DNA of 64,000 nt from Planctomycetota bacterium (lineage in GTDB: Bacteria > Planctomycetota > PLA2 > JAEUHO01): the NCBI GenBank assembly GCA_965222115.1, contig CBDCTJ010000001.1, forward strand, positions 448,001 to 512,000. The letters are read 5' to 3'. Position 1 is the stretch's first letter; each line of letters starts with the position of its first letter. The notes under the pieces were generated by a model. That model made no database searches. It saw only the letters and a list, made by a program, of their open reading frames with translations, and was not told where the DNA came from. Both the position numbers and the translations under genes were made by a program. Positions 9,129-19,304 of the stretch are shown piece by piece.

Positions 9129-12100
9129 TTGAAACATACAAACAAACTCGTAACATACCGAGCAACGGCGGTGACAACGATCTGTGTCCTGGCACTGTCA
9201 ATCGCATCGCTCGCGCCAACGACGCAGTCCCATGCAGAAGAACATGCCGAAACGCTTCTGCTTCAACAGCCTGCGATGAACAAGACGCATGTCGTATTTG
9301 TCTATGCGCGAAACCTATGGATCGTTCCACGTGCCGGTGGAACGGCGCGCGCGCTAACCTCGCATGTGGGAACCGAAACACGCCCCCGCATTTCCCCGGA
9401 CGGCTCCACGCTTGCCTTTAGTGCCGAATACGGTGGCAACTATGACGTCTACACGATGCCGATAACCGGCGGTACGCCCACGCGCCACACGTGGCATCCC
9501 GGCATGGACCTTGTGGAGGGCTGGCATCCGAACGGAAAGCAGGTCCTCTTTACAAGCCGACGCAGAAGCGGTACGCCGGTGTCGAAGGCGTATCTGACCG
9601 TAGAAGCCGCCGGCAAGGCTGCAACGCAACGATTCGTAGAACCGCTGCCCTTACCACGTGTTGGCCGCGCAGCATTCGACACCACCGGAAAGCGCATTGC
9701 CTATGCACCAATTCGAGACGCGTTTCGCACGTGGAAGCGCTATCGCGGCGGGCAAACGTCGCCCATGTGGATCTACGACACGGAGACGCATGAGGTGGAG
9801 GTCGTGCCCCACGAAAACGCAAGTGACACCATGCCATGTTGGATTGGCGATGAGCTCTACTTTGCGTCTGATCGCGCTGACCAGATGAACGCATACCGCT
9901 ACAACGCAGAGGCAAAGTCGGTGGAGGCGCTTACTGAGTTTACGCGTGACGGATTCGGCGTTCGCACCATGACCGCAGGACCCGATGGACTTGTCTTTAC
10001 CCGGGGCGGTGCAATCCACATCCTCGACCCGAAAACCAAAGCGGTCACACGACTTCGCATTCATGTGCCCACCGACGGGCTCGCGCGGCTCCCACGCTGG
10101 GAAAAGGCGAGTAAATCGATTCACAATGGAGACGTGTCTCCCAACGGCAAACGGGCTGTACTTGAGGTGCGCGGTGAAATTGTAACCGTGCCTCGCGAAC
10201 ACGGGGGACCCCGCTACTTAAGTCGAAGCGAAGGCGCCAACGACCGATTCCCCACGTGGAGTCCCGACGGAAAACGGATTGCGTGGTTCTCCGATCGAAG
10301 CGGCGAGTATCAATTGCTGGTTCGCGATCGACTCGGAGAGAAGCCCCCCAAGGCCTATGCCATCAACGACACCGCGGGCTACTACGCAGATCCGCAATGG
10401 AGTCCGGACGGCAAGCACATTGCGTTTTCCGATAAGTCCAACCGCGTCTTGGCTTTGAAACTTGCGGATGGCTCACTCAAGACCATTTCGCATAGTCAGG
10501 GCTCGCTTGGGTATTGGCGTCCGTATGCGACGTGGTCACCCGATAGCAAGTGGCTTGCGGTAGAAGAGAAGAATCCCACCACAGCCTACGGTGGCATCAA
10601 ACTCTATGAGCTTGCCACCGGTGATTCAAAAACGATCACAGATGCATTCGGCGATTCGCACTCGCCAGCATTCACCCGCGACGGCAAACACCTTTACTTC
10701 TGCTCAAGTGCACAAACGGGCCCGAATCAATTCGGACTCGACATGAGCGCACACCGCATGAAGTACGCCAAGAGCAATATGTATCTGGTCGTACTCAAAA
10801 AGGACGGCAAGAACCCCTTAGCACCGAAGATCGACGAAGGCATTGACAAGGACGATAAGAAAGGAAAGAAAAAGAAGAAAGCAAAAGACGAAGAGAAGCA
10901 AGACGGTGAAGGAGAACAAGACGCCGCCGATAAGGAAGACAAAGAAGAGAAGAAGGAAAAGCGCGACGACGAAGAGAAAGAGGACACGTCAGACGCTTCC
11001 AAGAAAAAGAAGGAAGACAAGCCGTCGGTGGATCTGGAGGGAATCGAAGATCGAATCTTGGCTGTACCGGGTTCAAGGGGGAACTACTTCGGACTTGGCG
11101 CTACCAAATCAAAGATGCTTTACTTGGAATGGGGCGAGGGTCGCAAGCGAAGTCTCCGCGCCTACGACCCCAAGACCAAGAAGCACAAAAATCTCGTATC
11201 CGGCTGCACGCGGTACGCCATCAGTAAGAAGGGCACGACCGTGCTCTTCAAGAAGGGTGATGCATGGTCCTTGATGGACGAGAACGGCAAGTCCGAAAAG
11301 AAGCTACCCACGTCAAGCGTTTCCGTCCGCGTGGACCCGGCCAAGGAGTGGCGCCAAATCCTTCGCGAAGTCTGGCGCATTCAGCGCGACTTCTTCTATG
11401 ACCCCAATCTGCACCATGTGAATTGGGATGCCATGTGGGAGCGCTGGAGTGCGTTCTTGCCCTACGTACAGCATCGCGAAGATCTCAATGTGATCCTGCA
11501 GGAGATGATGGGCGAACTGTGTTGTGGCCACGAATACGTGGGCGGTGGCGAGATGGATGAAGCCGAAGAAGGACCGCCCGTGGGTCTCCTTGGCGCCGAC
11601 ATCGTTCGTGCTGACGACGCATACGTCATCAAGAAGATCTACCGCGGCCAAAACTGGAATCCAGGGCTGCGATCACCGCTCACTGAACCGGGCATTGATG
11701 TGCGCGTTGGAGACATCGTGCGCTCCGTCAACGGCCGACTCGCATCCGACAGCGTAAACATCTACGCGCTCATGGAAGGCACCGCCGGTGTGCCCACGCG
11801 CATCACGTTTTCACGTCCCGACAGTACAGAAAAGGAGCGGACGTTTACGATTGTTCCCATCGCAAGCGAAAACCGCTTGCGTCGCCGCGCGTGGGTGGAA
11901 GCCAACCGCAAACGCGTAGACAAACTCTCCGGCGGTCGGCTCGCCTACATTTACATGCCCGATACGGGCCGTCGTGGACTCGCGGCTTTTGATCGTGATT
12001 ACTACAGCCAACTCGACAAGGAAGGCGTGGTCATCGACGAACGCTTCAATGGCGGCGGCAAGATTGCGGACTACGTCGTCAATGTCCTCGCGCGTAAGGT

Positions 12101-12536
12101 GCTCTGCTACTGGATGAATCGCGAAGGGTGGGTTGGACGCACGCCGTTCGGCACCATCGAAGGCCCCAAGGTAATGATCATCAACGATCGCGCCGGATCG
12201 GGCGGCGACGCCATGCCGTGGTTGTTCCGCAAACAGGGCGTTGGCAAGCTAGTAGGCACGCGCACGTGGGGCGGCCTTGTGGGCATATCCGGCTATCCTG
12301 ATCTCATGGATGGCGGATTCGTAACTGCCGCGAGCTTTGGCATTATGGACACCGACGGCAAGTGGATTATAGAGAACGAAGGCGTCACACCTGACGTCGA
12401 GGTTCAGCAGTGGCCGCGCGACGTCATCAAGGGAGGCGATCCGCAATTGGAGAAGGCGGTGAAACTAGCGCTCGAAGCACTAGAAAAATCGCCACGGCGC
12501 AAGCCCCCTGTGTATGTCAAGCCCGCGGCGCGATAA
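9129..12536 (+). CDS. Tricorn-like protease (S41 family; propeller repeats, PDZ, catalytic domain)
   Basis: Signal peptide; repeated P.WSPDGK units; DERFNGGG, AGSGGDAMPWLF (catalytic Ser), GTRTWGG, ENEGVTPD, DPQLEKAV; start approximate. Confidence 0.92.
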   Translation: MKHTNKLVTYRATAVTTICVLALSIASLAPTTQSHAEEHAETLLLQQPAMNKTHVVFVYARNLWIVPRAGGTARALTSHVGTETRPRISPDGSTLAFSAEYGGNYDVYTMPITGGTPTRHTWHPGMDLVEGWHPNGKQVLFTSRRRSGTPVSKAYLTVEAAGKAATQRFVEPLPLPRVGRAAFDTTGKRIAYAPIRDAFRTWKRYRGGQTSPMWIYDTETHEVEVVPHENASDTMPCWIGDELYFASDRADQMNAYRYNAEAKSVEALTEFTRDGFGVRTMTAGPDGLVFTRGGAIHILDPKTKAVTRLRIHVPTDGLARLPRWEKASKSIHNGDVSPNGKRAVLEVRGEIVTVPREHGGPRYLSRSEGANDRFPTWSPDGKRIAWFSDRSGEYQLLVRDRLGEKPPKAYAINDTAGYYADPQWSPDGKHIAFSDKSNRVLALKLADGSLKTISHSQGSLGYWRPYATWSPDSKWLAVEEKNPTTAYGGIKLYELATGDSKTITDAFGDSHSPAFTRDGKHLYFCSSAQTGPNQFGLDMSAHRMKYAKSNMYLVVLKKDGKNPLAPKIDEGIDKDDKKGKKKKKAKDEEKQDGEGEQDAADKEDKEEKKEKRDDEEKEDTSDASKKKKEDKPSVDLEGIEDRILAVPGSRGNYFGLGATKSKMLYLEWGEGRKRSLRAYDPKTKKHKNLVSGCTRYAISKKGTTVLFKKGDAWSLMDENGKSEKKLPTSSVSVRVDPAKEWRQILREVWRIQRDFFYDPNLHHVNWDAMWERWSAFLPYVQHREDLNVILQEMMGELCCGHEYVGGGEMDEAEEGPPVGLLGADIVRADDAYVIKKIYRGQNWNPGLRSPLTEPGIDVRVGDIVRSVNGRLASDSVNIYALMEGTAGVPTRITFSRPDSTEKERTFTIVPIASENRLRRRAWVEANRKRVDKLSGGRLAYIYMPDTGRRGLAAFDRDYYSQLDKEGVVIDERFNGGGKIADYVVNVLARKVLCYWMNREGWVGRTPFGTIEGPKVMIINDRAGSGGDAMPWLFRKQGVGKLVGTRTWGGLVGISGYPDLMDGGFVTAASFGIMDTDGKWIIENEGVTPDVEVQQWPRDVIKGGDPQLEKAVKLALEALEKSPRRKPPVYVKPAAR

Positions 12537-12585
12537 ACGACGATCTTCGCGACCGCGCTCGTTGCAACGCGCGGTCGATGCGAGG

Positions 12586-14136
12586 ATGCGACACGCGTCG
12601 AGTGCAACAGGTGCATCGTCGCATGCTCACGGCTTGGTTATGCCGTTGCTGGTATTGGTGGCGGCACTCGTCGGTGCGTGGTTCATCATTGGCGGCGCAA
12701 AGAAACGTCGAACGCAGGCGAACAACGCTCACGCCAGCGCCAGCACGCGCGATGCCAGGCACGCGTCGAGCCCTCGGAGTTCTGAACGTGCCCTTGCGGG
12801 CGTCGTGGTGGACGAAACGGGACAACCGATTGAAGGCGCGCTCGCGTTCTTGATCCCAAAGGGATACACGGGCACCTCGCGTGGCAAAGCGCCCCATGTG
12901 CATAGCAACGCACAGGGGCAATGGCGCTTTCGTGCGCGAGAGGTAAACAATCTTATCGTTGGATTCTTGCGATCCGGACATGTCAATACGTACATTCCCG
13001 CGAGCGAAATCGCGGTGAGTGGTAAGGAACGCATCACGCTTCCCACGTGTCCCGCATTGGCGGTCCGATTGGTGGATGACCGCGGCCGACCGATTGCAAA
13101 CTGTGCGGTTGGCGTCGCGCCGTCACCGCCCATCGACATCTATGACTTGCCGGGCCCCGAAGGACGACGTGGGGAACGCTGGCTCACCACCGACGAGCGC
13201 GGTTGGGCGTCTTGCTTTGTGGGTTCCAAGGGACCCGTCACGCTGTCACCCGTTCTTGAGCAGCATGTATTACCGTGGTCGCGCGTGTGGTTGGCGTCAC
13301 CGCACCGTGAATTCACATTGCACACGTTGCCATCGTGTCGCGTCGCCGTAACGGTCACCCCCACCTCAGGCATGGCCATGCCACAGGCCGGCACACTTCG
13401 TTGGCGCCTTGCGGGCAAACGCGACGATTGGCGTATAGCCTCGGCCATTCGCACCGCCAATCGATTCGAATTTCCTGCAATACCCAAGCAAGCCATCGAT
13501 GCCTCGCTTCATTTGGACGGCGCGCGCGCTGTTGATTTGCCACGCCTCGAACTGACCGACGCAGGCGACGTCCACGAAATCGCTGCGTCTCTACTTCCGA
13601 TGCAAGCACCGGGCACGCTTCATCTCGAAACTGTGGGAGGGCGAGGCGCACTCGCGTATCCGCGCGTCTACGTTCGCCGTGCAACGGATGATGGGGCGTG
13701 GATCATTCTTGACGACGTAGACCATGAGAAAGACGAACGAACGCTGACGATCTCGCTACAGCCCGACACCTATCGCATTCTAGTAATTGAGGGTACCTCC
13801 TCAAAAGGGCCCGCACGCGTTGGCATGGCGGCCGAAGTTGCCATCGAATCAGGCAAAGCGACCAAGCAACAGCTTCCCGTTGCCCCCGGCACAGTTCACA
13901 CCCTCGACGTCTCGGCGTTCACGCCGGGTCATGTCAAGTCGGTCGACATTCACATCGACGGTATGGGTCCGGTTCCACTCTATGGTCGCTACAAGCAACA
14001 TCGCCGCCGATTTGGCGAAGACCTCTTGGCGTGGGTCAATAGCCGTCACGCGGCGGGCATCATGCTGGGGCCCTACCCGGGCGGCAAAGCGCGGGTGCGC
14101 TTTCGACGCTTCAAGGAACCCCCGAAACGCAAGTAA
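12586..14136 (+). CDS. Membrane-anchored carboxypeptidase-regulatory-like domain protein
   Basis: N-terminal TM; LAGVVVDETGQPIEGA and VRLVDDRGRPIAN motifs; start may be 12640. Confidence 0.7.
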   Translation: MRHASSATGASSHAHGLVMPLLVLVAALVGAWFIIGGAKKRRTQANNAHASASTRDARHASSPRSSERALAGVVVDETGQPIEGALAFLIPKGYTGTSRGKAPHVHSNAQGQWRFRAREVNNLIVGFLRSGHVNTYIPASEIAVSGKERITLPTCPALAVRLVDDRGRPIANCAVGVAPSPPIDIYDLPGPEGRRGERWLTTDERGWASCFVGSKGPVTLSPVLEQHVLPWSRVWLASPHREFTLHTLPSCRVAVTVTPTSGMAMPQAGTLRWRLAGKRDDWRIASAIRTANRFEFPAIPKQAIDASLHLDGARAVDLPRLELTDAGDVHEIAASLLPMQAPGTLHLETVGGRGALAYPRVYVRRATDDGAWIILDDVDHEKDERTLTISLQPDTYRILVIEGTSSKGPARVGMAAEVAIESGKATKQQLPVAPGTVHTLDVSAFTPGHVKSVDIHIDGMGPVPLYGRYKQHRRRFGEDLLAWVNSRHAAGIMLGPYPGGKARVRFRRFKEPPKRK

Positions 14137-15024
14137 CTATCCGCCTTTATCCAAACCCTTTAAGTAGCGCTCGACGGTTTGTAAGACGCTCTTGCCCCAC
14201 GACGTCTCGTTGTCGGCAAACTCATCGCGCAGTCGCGTGAACTCGGCGCGGGCGTAGTCTTTGTCGCCTTCTTGCTGCGTGAAATAGGCATCCCAAATGC
14301 GGCTCCATGTGCGCGTGGCACCGTTGACTTCGTTCATCTGCGCAACTTCGCGCATCATGTCGCGCCCCACGGTCTTATCGCCGCGATAGTAATTGGCCCA
14401 TGCACGTTGAAATCGTGCGTGGCCATAGCCCGCTGTTCCTTCACCGTGACGTTCTTCCAACGCGATAAACGTCTTCTCTTCTTGATCGTGATCACCGAGT
14501 TCGCGGTACGTATAGCCCAAGTACTCCATCACTTTGGTACGATTCTCGTCGCTGAGTGCCGTTGCGTCATCACGAGAGAGCAATTCCTTGAACATACGAA
14601 GCGCCTTGTCGTGTTCCTTGGCGTGGCGCATCTTGTAAGCCTGCGTCAAGAGCTTGTCGGTGGCCACGGTACTCAGGTCGGGCCCCTCCACCGCACGCTC
14701 CAGTCGTTTCACCGTTTCTCGAAGCGACTTGTTTTCCTCCAACACCGCGGCAACCTGTGACGCCAGTTCGTCCATCGACGCTGCGGTCTCCATGGGCTGT
14801 TCATCTCGCGAAGAACGCGCATCGGAATGGCCATGTAGCGTGGGTTCTTCGGAATCGTTGTCGTCGGTGCCGCTCAGTGGTTCGTTTACATGACTCGCAT
14901 CGTTTTCGCGCACAGTACTCGTTGCATCGCCAACGATGGTCGACGGCTCCGCACGCATCAAGAGCACGACGCCCGCCGACACCGCCGCAGATACCAACGC
15001 TGAAAGAAGGATGGTCTTGTTCAT
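14137..15024 (-). CDS. Membrane-anchored coiled-coil/TPR protein
   Basis: GGAGG RBS; N-terminal hydrophobic anchor, coiled coil, TPR-like repeats (YLGYTYRELGDHDQE). Confidence 0.75.
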   Translation of the reverse strand: MNKTILLSALVSAAVSAGVVLLMRAEPSTIVGDATSTVRENDASHVNEPLSGTDDNDSEEPTLHGHSDARSSRDEQPMETAASMDELASQVAAVLEENKSLRETVKRLERAVEGPDLSTVATDKLLTQAYKMRHAKEHDKALRMFKELLSRDDATALSDENRTKVMEYLGYTYRELGDHDQEEKTFIALEERHGEGTAGYGHARFQRAWANYYRGDKTVGRDMMREVAQMNEVNGATRTWSRIWDAYFTQQEGDKDYARAEFTRLRDEFADNETSWGKSVLQTVERYLKGLDKGG

Positions 15025-15145
15025 GGTGTCCTCCGGTGCTTACCTTTGATTCTAACGCGAAGAAGCGGGTAGAGTCGGGCGACGCAAGCGTGAAGAGGCT
15101 GGGCCAAAGTGACCCCGGGTCGTGAACTACACGCGCGCGAGATGT

Positions 15146-17941
15146 CTACCCACCGCAACTGGCGCCGCAACTCGCTTCGTCGTCCGGCAACTTACGAACG
15201 TCCTCGCCCTTAAGTCGCGCTCGCTCTACTTGCAACTCGGAGAGCTTCTTTGCCAACTCGATGCGCTCTGACTGATTCTTCGCATTGGATAACGCGCTGT
15301 AGATCTCCTTGAGCTTCGCATCGATCTCTTGGATTCGCGTTGTGTCTGCTTCAGAAAACGGCGCCATACGAACCTCGGCGCTGCCCTGGCCACCCCGCGC
15401 ATCGATGCTGAGTCCTCGCATACCCTTATGCGTTGCCGATATCGAGAGTTCGATATCTGGGATGCCAACGAACGTGGCCGTGCCCTCATGACTTACGACT
15501 TGTGTGCTCTCGATATGCCATGAGTCTTCGCTCGCTCGAGGGTCCTTGGCGCCGAGCGTCACTTTGGCGCCAGAAATGGGTTCGCCATGCTCGCCTACAA
15601 CGCGAACGCGAAGCTCGTGTGCGTCTCGAAGCTGGAGGTTGAGCTGTGGTCGGGTCGAGCTCTTTTCGATCTGGTCGTCATCGTCCTCCAACTCGAGCGA
15701 CGCGCGGCTCACGGCGAATCCGGCGAGGCTCACCGTTGCGGTTAGTTTGCCCGTGGGCACGTTGTGCACCACGGCTGTACCGTCGGCGCGCGAAACGATC
15801 TCGGCGAAGTGGCCGTCGCCAAAGTAAGAAAACGCATCCCATTGAACTTCGTCATCAGCGACTACGTTCACTTTGATGGTTGCACCACTCGCGGCCTCTC
15901 CATCCGGCGTCTTCACAGAAATGACAACTTGGTGCCCACGACTCATCACCAAGTCTGGTGTCCGGACACCGGCGCCTTGTTTCAATGCGAAGAGTTCGGT
16001 CTTGGCATCTACGAATCCCTGGCAGCGCGCAATCACGCGTACGTTCGCCCCGGCGGCGCCCGCCTCCAACAAGTAGTCTCCGTGACTGTTGGTGATGCTT
16101 GTGGACGTCCCCATTAACATACTGACGTAACCGTACGTACTGTCCGAGGACGAAACGCGCACTTGAACGCCGCGCAGGGGCTTGCCTTCAGGTCCAACGA
16201 CGCGCCCTCGAATAACCGAGGCCGGCAATAAAACGATGTCACTCTCAATATCCTCATGTGAGTCTTGCCCACCGATTGGGGCCCCAAACGTGCTTGCCTT
16301 AGGATCCGCGACGAAGCCAGGAGCCGATGCCAAGATTCCGATGACGGGCGGACTCAAGCCCTTGAAGACATACGCTCCTTGCGCATTGCTAGTCACAGTC
16401 GAAGCGCCCATTCGGCTCATAACAACGACCTTTGCGCCCGCGATGGGGTTTCCATCTGCATCCGATACGCACCCCGACACAGAAATGCCTCTACGAACGA
16501 AAAACTCGAGCGTTGTCTCTGGGCGCTTGAACGTGACGTCCTTGGGACCCGAAAGCATCGTGTACTTCTTTGCCCCATCAATCTGTACCAGCGCGGGGTT
16601 CATCGCGGGGGAAAACGTAGCGCGCCCATAGTCGGGGTGGCTCACAAGCAACATGTTTAGCGTACCCGGTCTAGATACGTACTGAGCTTCACCTTGCGCA
16701 TCCGTAACAACATTGCCAAAGGCATAGTCGCCACGACCCATGCCATTCCCCTCGGCACTCACAACGGAAACGAAAGCGTTCGAAATCGGGTCTTTGGAGT
16801 GTGCATCAAGAATTCGCAGCGTGACGCGCACGCCACCCTTTAGTACGAACTCCCGCGACGCCTTCCAGGTCTTCGCCTCAAAGAACGTTGTCGGATACTC
16901 GGGCGACTTGGCAATCAATACGAGATCATCTGCGGCAGGCGGCGATTCGATGACAAACGACCCGTCCGAGCGAGTATCGGCAAAGCGACGCCCGGAATAG
17001 ATCGACACTGGGTTATTGCTGTCGAAACACGCAACACGCCCGCGTGAAATTCCACGACCCTCTCCGTCTACAAGCCGACCACGAAGGGCCTTCTGCGTCG
17101 CCAATTGAATACGTACCCTGCCTCCAGCAGCGCCATGAGATGTGAGTACAACGTCTTTGCTACTGAGCCGATAGCCAGCGCGACGCGTAACCAACGTATA
17201 CGGTCCCGGGCTTAGCCCCTCGATTCGAAATCGTCCTTTCGCATCGGTCGTGGCCTGCTTGAGCGCAACGGAATCTTTGTCCAGATTTCGAATGAGATCT
17301 GTCATCTGAAGCGCCAGAGCAACCATCGAGCCCTTGCCTCGACGTACGTCAATGGTGGCGTGCTCGATTGGCTCACCCGCGCCGTCCACAACGACGCCCT
17401 CAAGCACGCCCTTTTCACCGAGCCAAAGCGTTCCAACATCGGTATGGCCATTGGCCTCGACCGATACACCGGGCGCCTGTGCATCGAGCCCTTCGGTTGA
17501 CGCCACCGTGAGTAGGTAGTTCTTGCCTGAAGGCACGTCGGCGAACGAGAACGTGCCATCCTTCGAACTCACTGTCGATTGCTCGACTGTCTCATTGCCG
17601 TAGCCAGTGCCTCGAAGACTCACCGCCGCTCTCGCCACGCCGTCAGATGTTCCGAACCGCATCAAACGCCCCGTCACAGTTCCCTTCCCAACTCGATCTT
17701 CACGCGCGAGCCCAAACAACACGGGCCCACTACTCGTGGCGTCGTCAACAGCAGCGTCGCGTTCATCCGACTCTTCATCACTAAGCGCTTCGTTGTCTCC
17801 AGTCTCCTCCGATGCACTCCCCCACCAACCCATTTCCCGCGGGATGTCCGTGATCCATAGCAGTCCACCGATGGCAAAAACCGCTAGCAGAATCCAAAGT
17901 ACCTTGTGCACAACGCGCCTCCCGTTCAATCCGTCCAGCAT
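15146..17941 (-). CDS. Large multi-domain carboxypeptidase-regulatory-like surface protein (copy A)
   Basis: N-terminal TM; repeated G.VVD..G.PI.GA units; ends SCGASCGG; paralog of 19305-22076. Confidence 0.8.
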   Translation of the reverse strand: MLDGLNGRRVVHKVLWILLAVFAIGGLLWITDIPREMGWWGSASEETGDNEALSDEESDERDAAVDDATSSGPVLFGLAREDRVGKGTVTGRLMRFGTSDGVARAAVSLRGTGYGNETVEQSTVSSKDGTFSFADVPSGKNYLLTVASTEGLDAQAPGVSVEANGHTDVGTLWLGEKGVLEGVVVDGAGEPIEHATIDVRRGKGSMVALALQMTDLIRNLDKDSVALKQATTDAKGRFRIEGLSPGPYTLVTRRAGYRLSSKDVVLTSHGAAGGRVRIQLATQKALRGRLVDGEGRGISRGRVACFDSNNPVSIYSGRRFADTRSDGSFVIESPPAADDLVLIAKSPEYPTTFFEAKTWKASREFVLKGGVRVTLRILDAHSKDPISNAFVSVVSAEGNGMGRGDYAFGNVVTDAQGEAQYVSRPGTLNMLLVSHPDYGRATFSPAMNPALVQIDGAKKYTMLSGPKDVTFKRPETTLEFFVRRGISVSGCVSDADGNPIAGAKVVVMSRMGASTVTSNAQGAYVFKGLSPPVIGILASAPGFVADPKASTFGAPIGGQDSHEDIESDIVLLPASVIRGRVVGPEGKPLRGVQVRVSSSDSTYGYVSMLMGTSTSITNSHGDYLLEAGAAGANVRVIARCQGFVDAKTELFALKQGAGVRTPDLVMSRGHQVVISVKTPDGEAASGATIKVNVVADDEVQWDAFSYFGDGHFAEIVSRADGTAVVHNVPTGKLTATVSLAGFAVSRASLELEDDDDQIEKSSTRPQLNLQLRDAHELRVRVVGEHGEPISGAKVTLGAKDPRASEDSWHIESTQVVSHEGTATFVGIPDIELSISATHKGMRGLSIDARGGQGSAEVRMAPFSEADTTRIQEIDAKLKEIYSALSNAKNQSERIELAKKLSELQVERARLKGEDVRKLPDDEASCGASCGG
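17608..17749. repeat. Near-identical direct repeat, copy 1 (copy 2 at 21743-21884)
   Basis: 142 bp with 3 mismatches by manual alignment, offset 4135 bp. Confidence 0.85.
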
Positions 17942-18057
17942 AGACTCGATTCAGCGCATGGCTCTTGGATAGACATCTGACAACGCGTAAGGGTGTCGCT
18001 CTACTCTTCCTCACAACCGAACGCGGGTATCCTTGCAGGTAGAGGAGGACGCCGTTC

Positions 18058-19284
18058 ATGTTCGATCGTTTTACTGACAGGGCGCGCAGAGCGATGGGGG
18101 AGAGTCGGCGCGCTGCCCAACAGCTAGAGAACGACCACATAGGCACGGAGCACCTGTTATTGGGCGTGATCGAGGTATCGAATGGCGTTGCGGCTGCAGT
18201 ATTCAAGAATTTGAAAGTAGATACGGCAAAACTAAAGGAACGCGCCATCGCACTTGCCCCGGAGCCCAACGCAGAGATCGGCTTCGAGGGTCAACTCCCT
18301 TTCACGCCACGTGCCAAGAATGCACTCAACTACGCGTTGCATGAGGCCGTTGAATTGGGCCACACCTACCTTGGTACCGCACACTTGGTATTGGGACTCC
18401 TTCGCGAGAGCAAGGGCGCCGCGTATCAAGCGCTTTCCGAAACTGGAATCCACGTCGATCGTGCACGCCAGGAAGTACGTCAACTCCTAAGCTCGGAGGC
18501 GTCGATCGGGGTAGATGAAACTGCCCCGCATGCAGATGGCGACACGCAAGAGGCCCATGAGTCTCGATCCCATCACCATGAACTGCAACAGATTTTGCGA
18601 CAAGAACGAAGACTCACGGATTCGTTTGGTGATGGATTTCCGAAGGTGATTGCAGAGGCCCGAAAGGCCGCCCGGCGATTTCGACACGAGTATCTGTGCA
18701 CCGAGCATTTGCTACTGGGAATCGCAAAGTGCAAAAGTGCGGTTGGCCGTGACATTCTCAAGCATTGCGGAATCGCGGCGCGGGACGTATCGAAGCATCT
18801 GCGGCACATCGAGCTTCAACCGCCGGACAAACTCGGGATCGACGAGATCGAGTTTAGCGCAGACGACCCCATCGGCTATACCGTCCGCGCAGCAAACGCG
18901 TGCCGGTTCGCGCATGAAGAAGCCGAGAATTGGAGTCTTGCTGACCCGAGCACAGCACATCTCTTGTTGGGCCTCATCATCGATAGGCGATCCAGCGCCG
19001 CGAAGGCCTTGAATGACTTGGGCATGCCCGTAGGTGACATTCGAAGGGAGATTGCTGCCACGCTGTATGGTCATTCCACACCTAGCGCCGACGAAACAAG
19101 TGCCACAGATAGCAAGGAAAAGCTAAAAGCCATGGAAGACCGACTTGCGAGCATGCTTGGCGCACTTGAAGTGCGCATCCTCACGCTCGAAGACCAACTT
19201 CGCTCGCACGGCAAGGAAATTGCGGATCTTCGGAAGCAACTGCGCAAACACGACGAAGATAATGCGCCGACAACTGACGAATGA
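18058..19284 (+). CDS. Protein with two Clp N-terminal (repeat) domains and a coiled coil, no AAA+ module
   Basis: MFDRFTDRARRA, IGTEHLLLG, LPFTPRAK, LGTAHLVLG, LCTEHLLLG, STAHLLLG; no Walker A; GGAGG RBS. Confidence 0.85.
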   Translation: MFDRFTDRARRAMGESRRAAQQLENDHIGTEHLLLGVIEVSNGVAAAVFKNLKVDTAKLKERAIALAPEPNAEIGFEGQLPFTPRAKNALNYALHEAVELGHTYLGTAHLVLGLLRESKGAAYQALSETGIHVDRARQEVRQLLSSEASIGVDETAPHADGDTQEAHESRSHHHELQQILRQERRLTDSFGDGFPKVIAEARKAARRFRHEYLCTEHLLLGIAKCKSAVGRDILKHCGIAARDVSKHLRHIELQPPDKLGIDEIEFSADDPIGYTVRAANACRFAHEEAENWSLADPSTAHLLLGLIIDRRSSAAKALNDLGMPVGDIRREIAATLYGHSTPSADETSATDSKEKLKAMEDRLASMLGALEVRILTLEDQLRSHGKEIADLRKQLRKHDEDNAPTTDE

Positions 19285-19304
19285 ACGGCACGTGACGCGA
19301 GTCG

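Noticed and set aside
8745-9137. Upstream extension of ORF 8667-9137 (and of 51761-52087)
   Set aside because: RBS and signal peptide place the starts at 8744 and 51989; the extensions are not protein-like.
10843-11020. Purine-rich repeat-like tract
   Set aside because: It encodes a Lys/Glu/Asp-rich linker within the tricorn protease.
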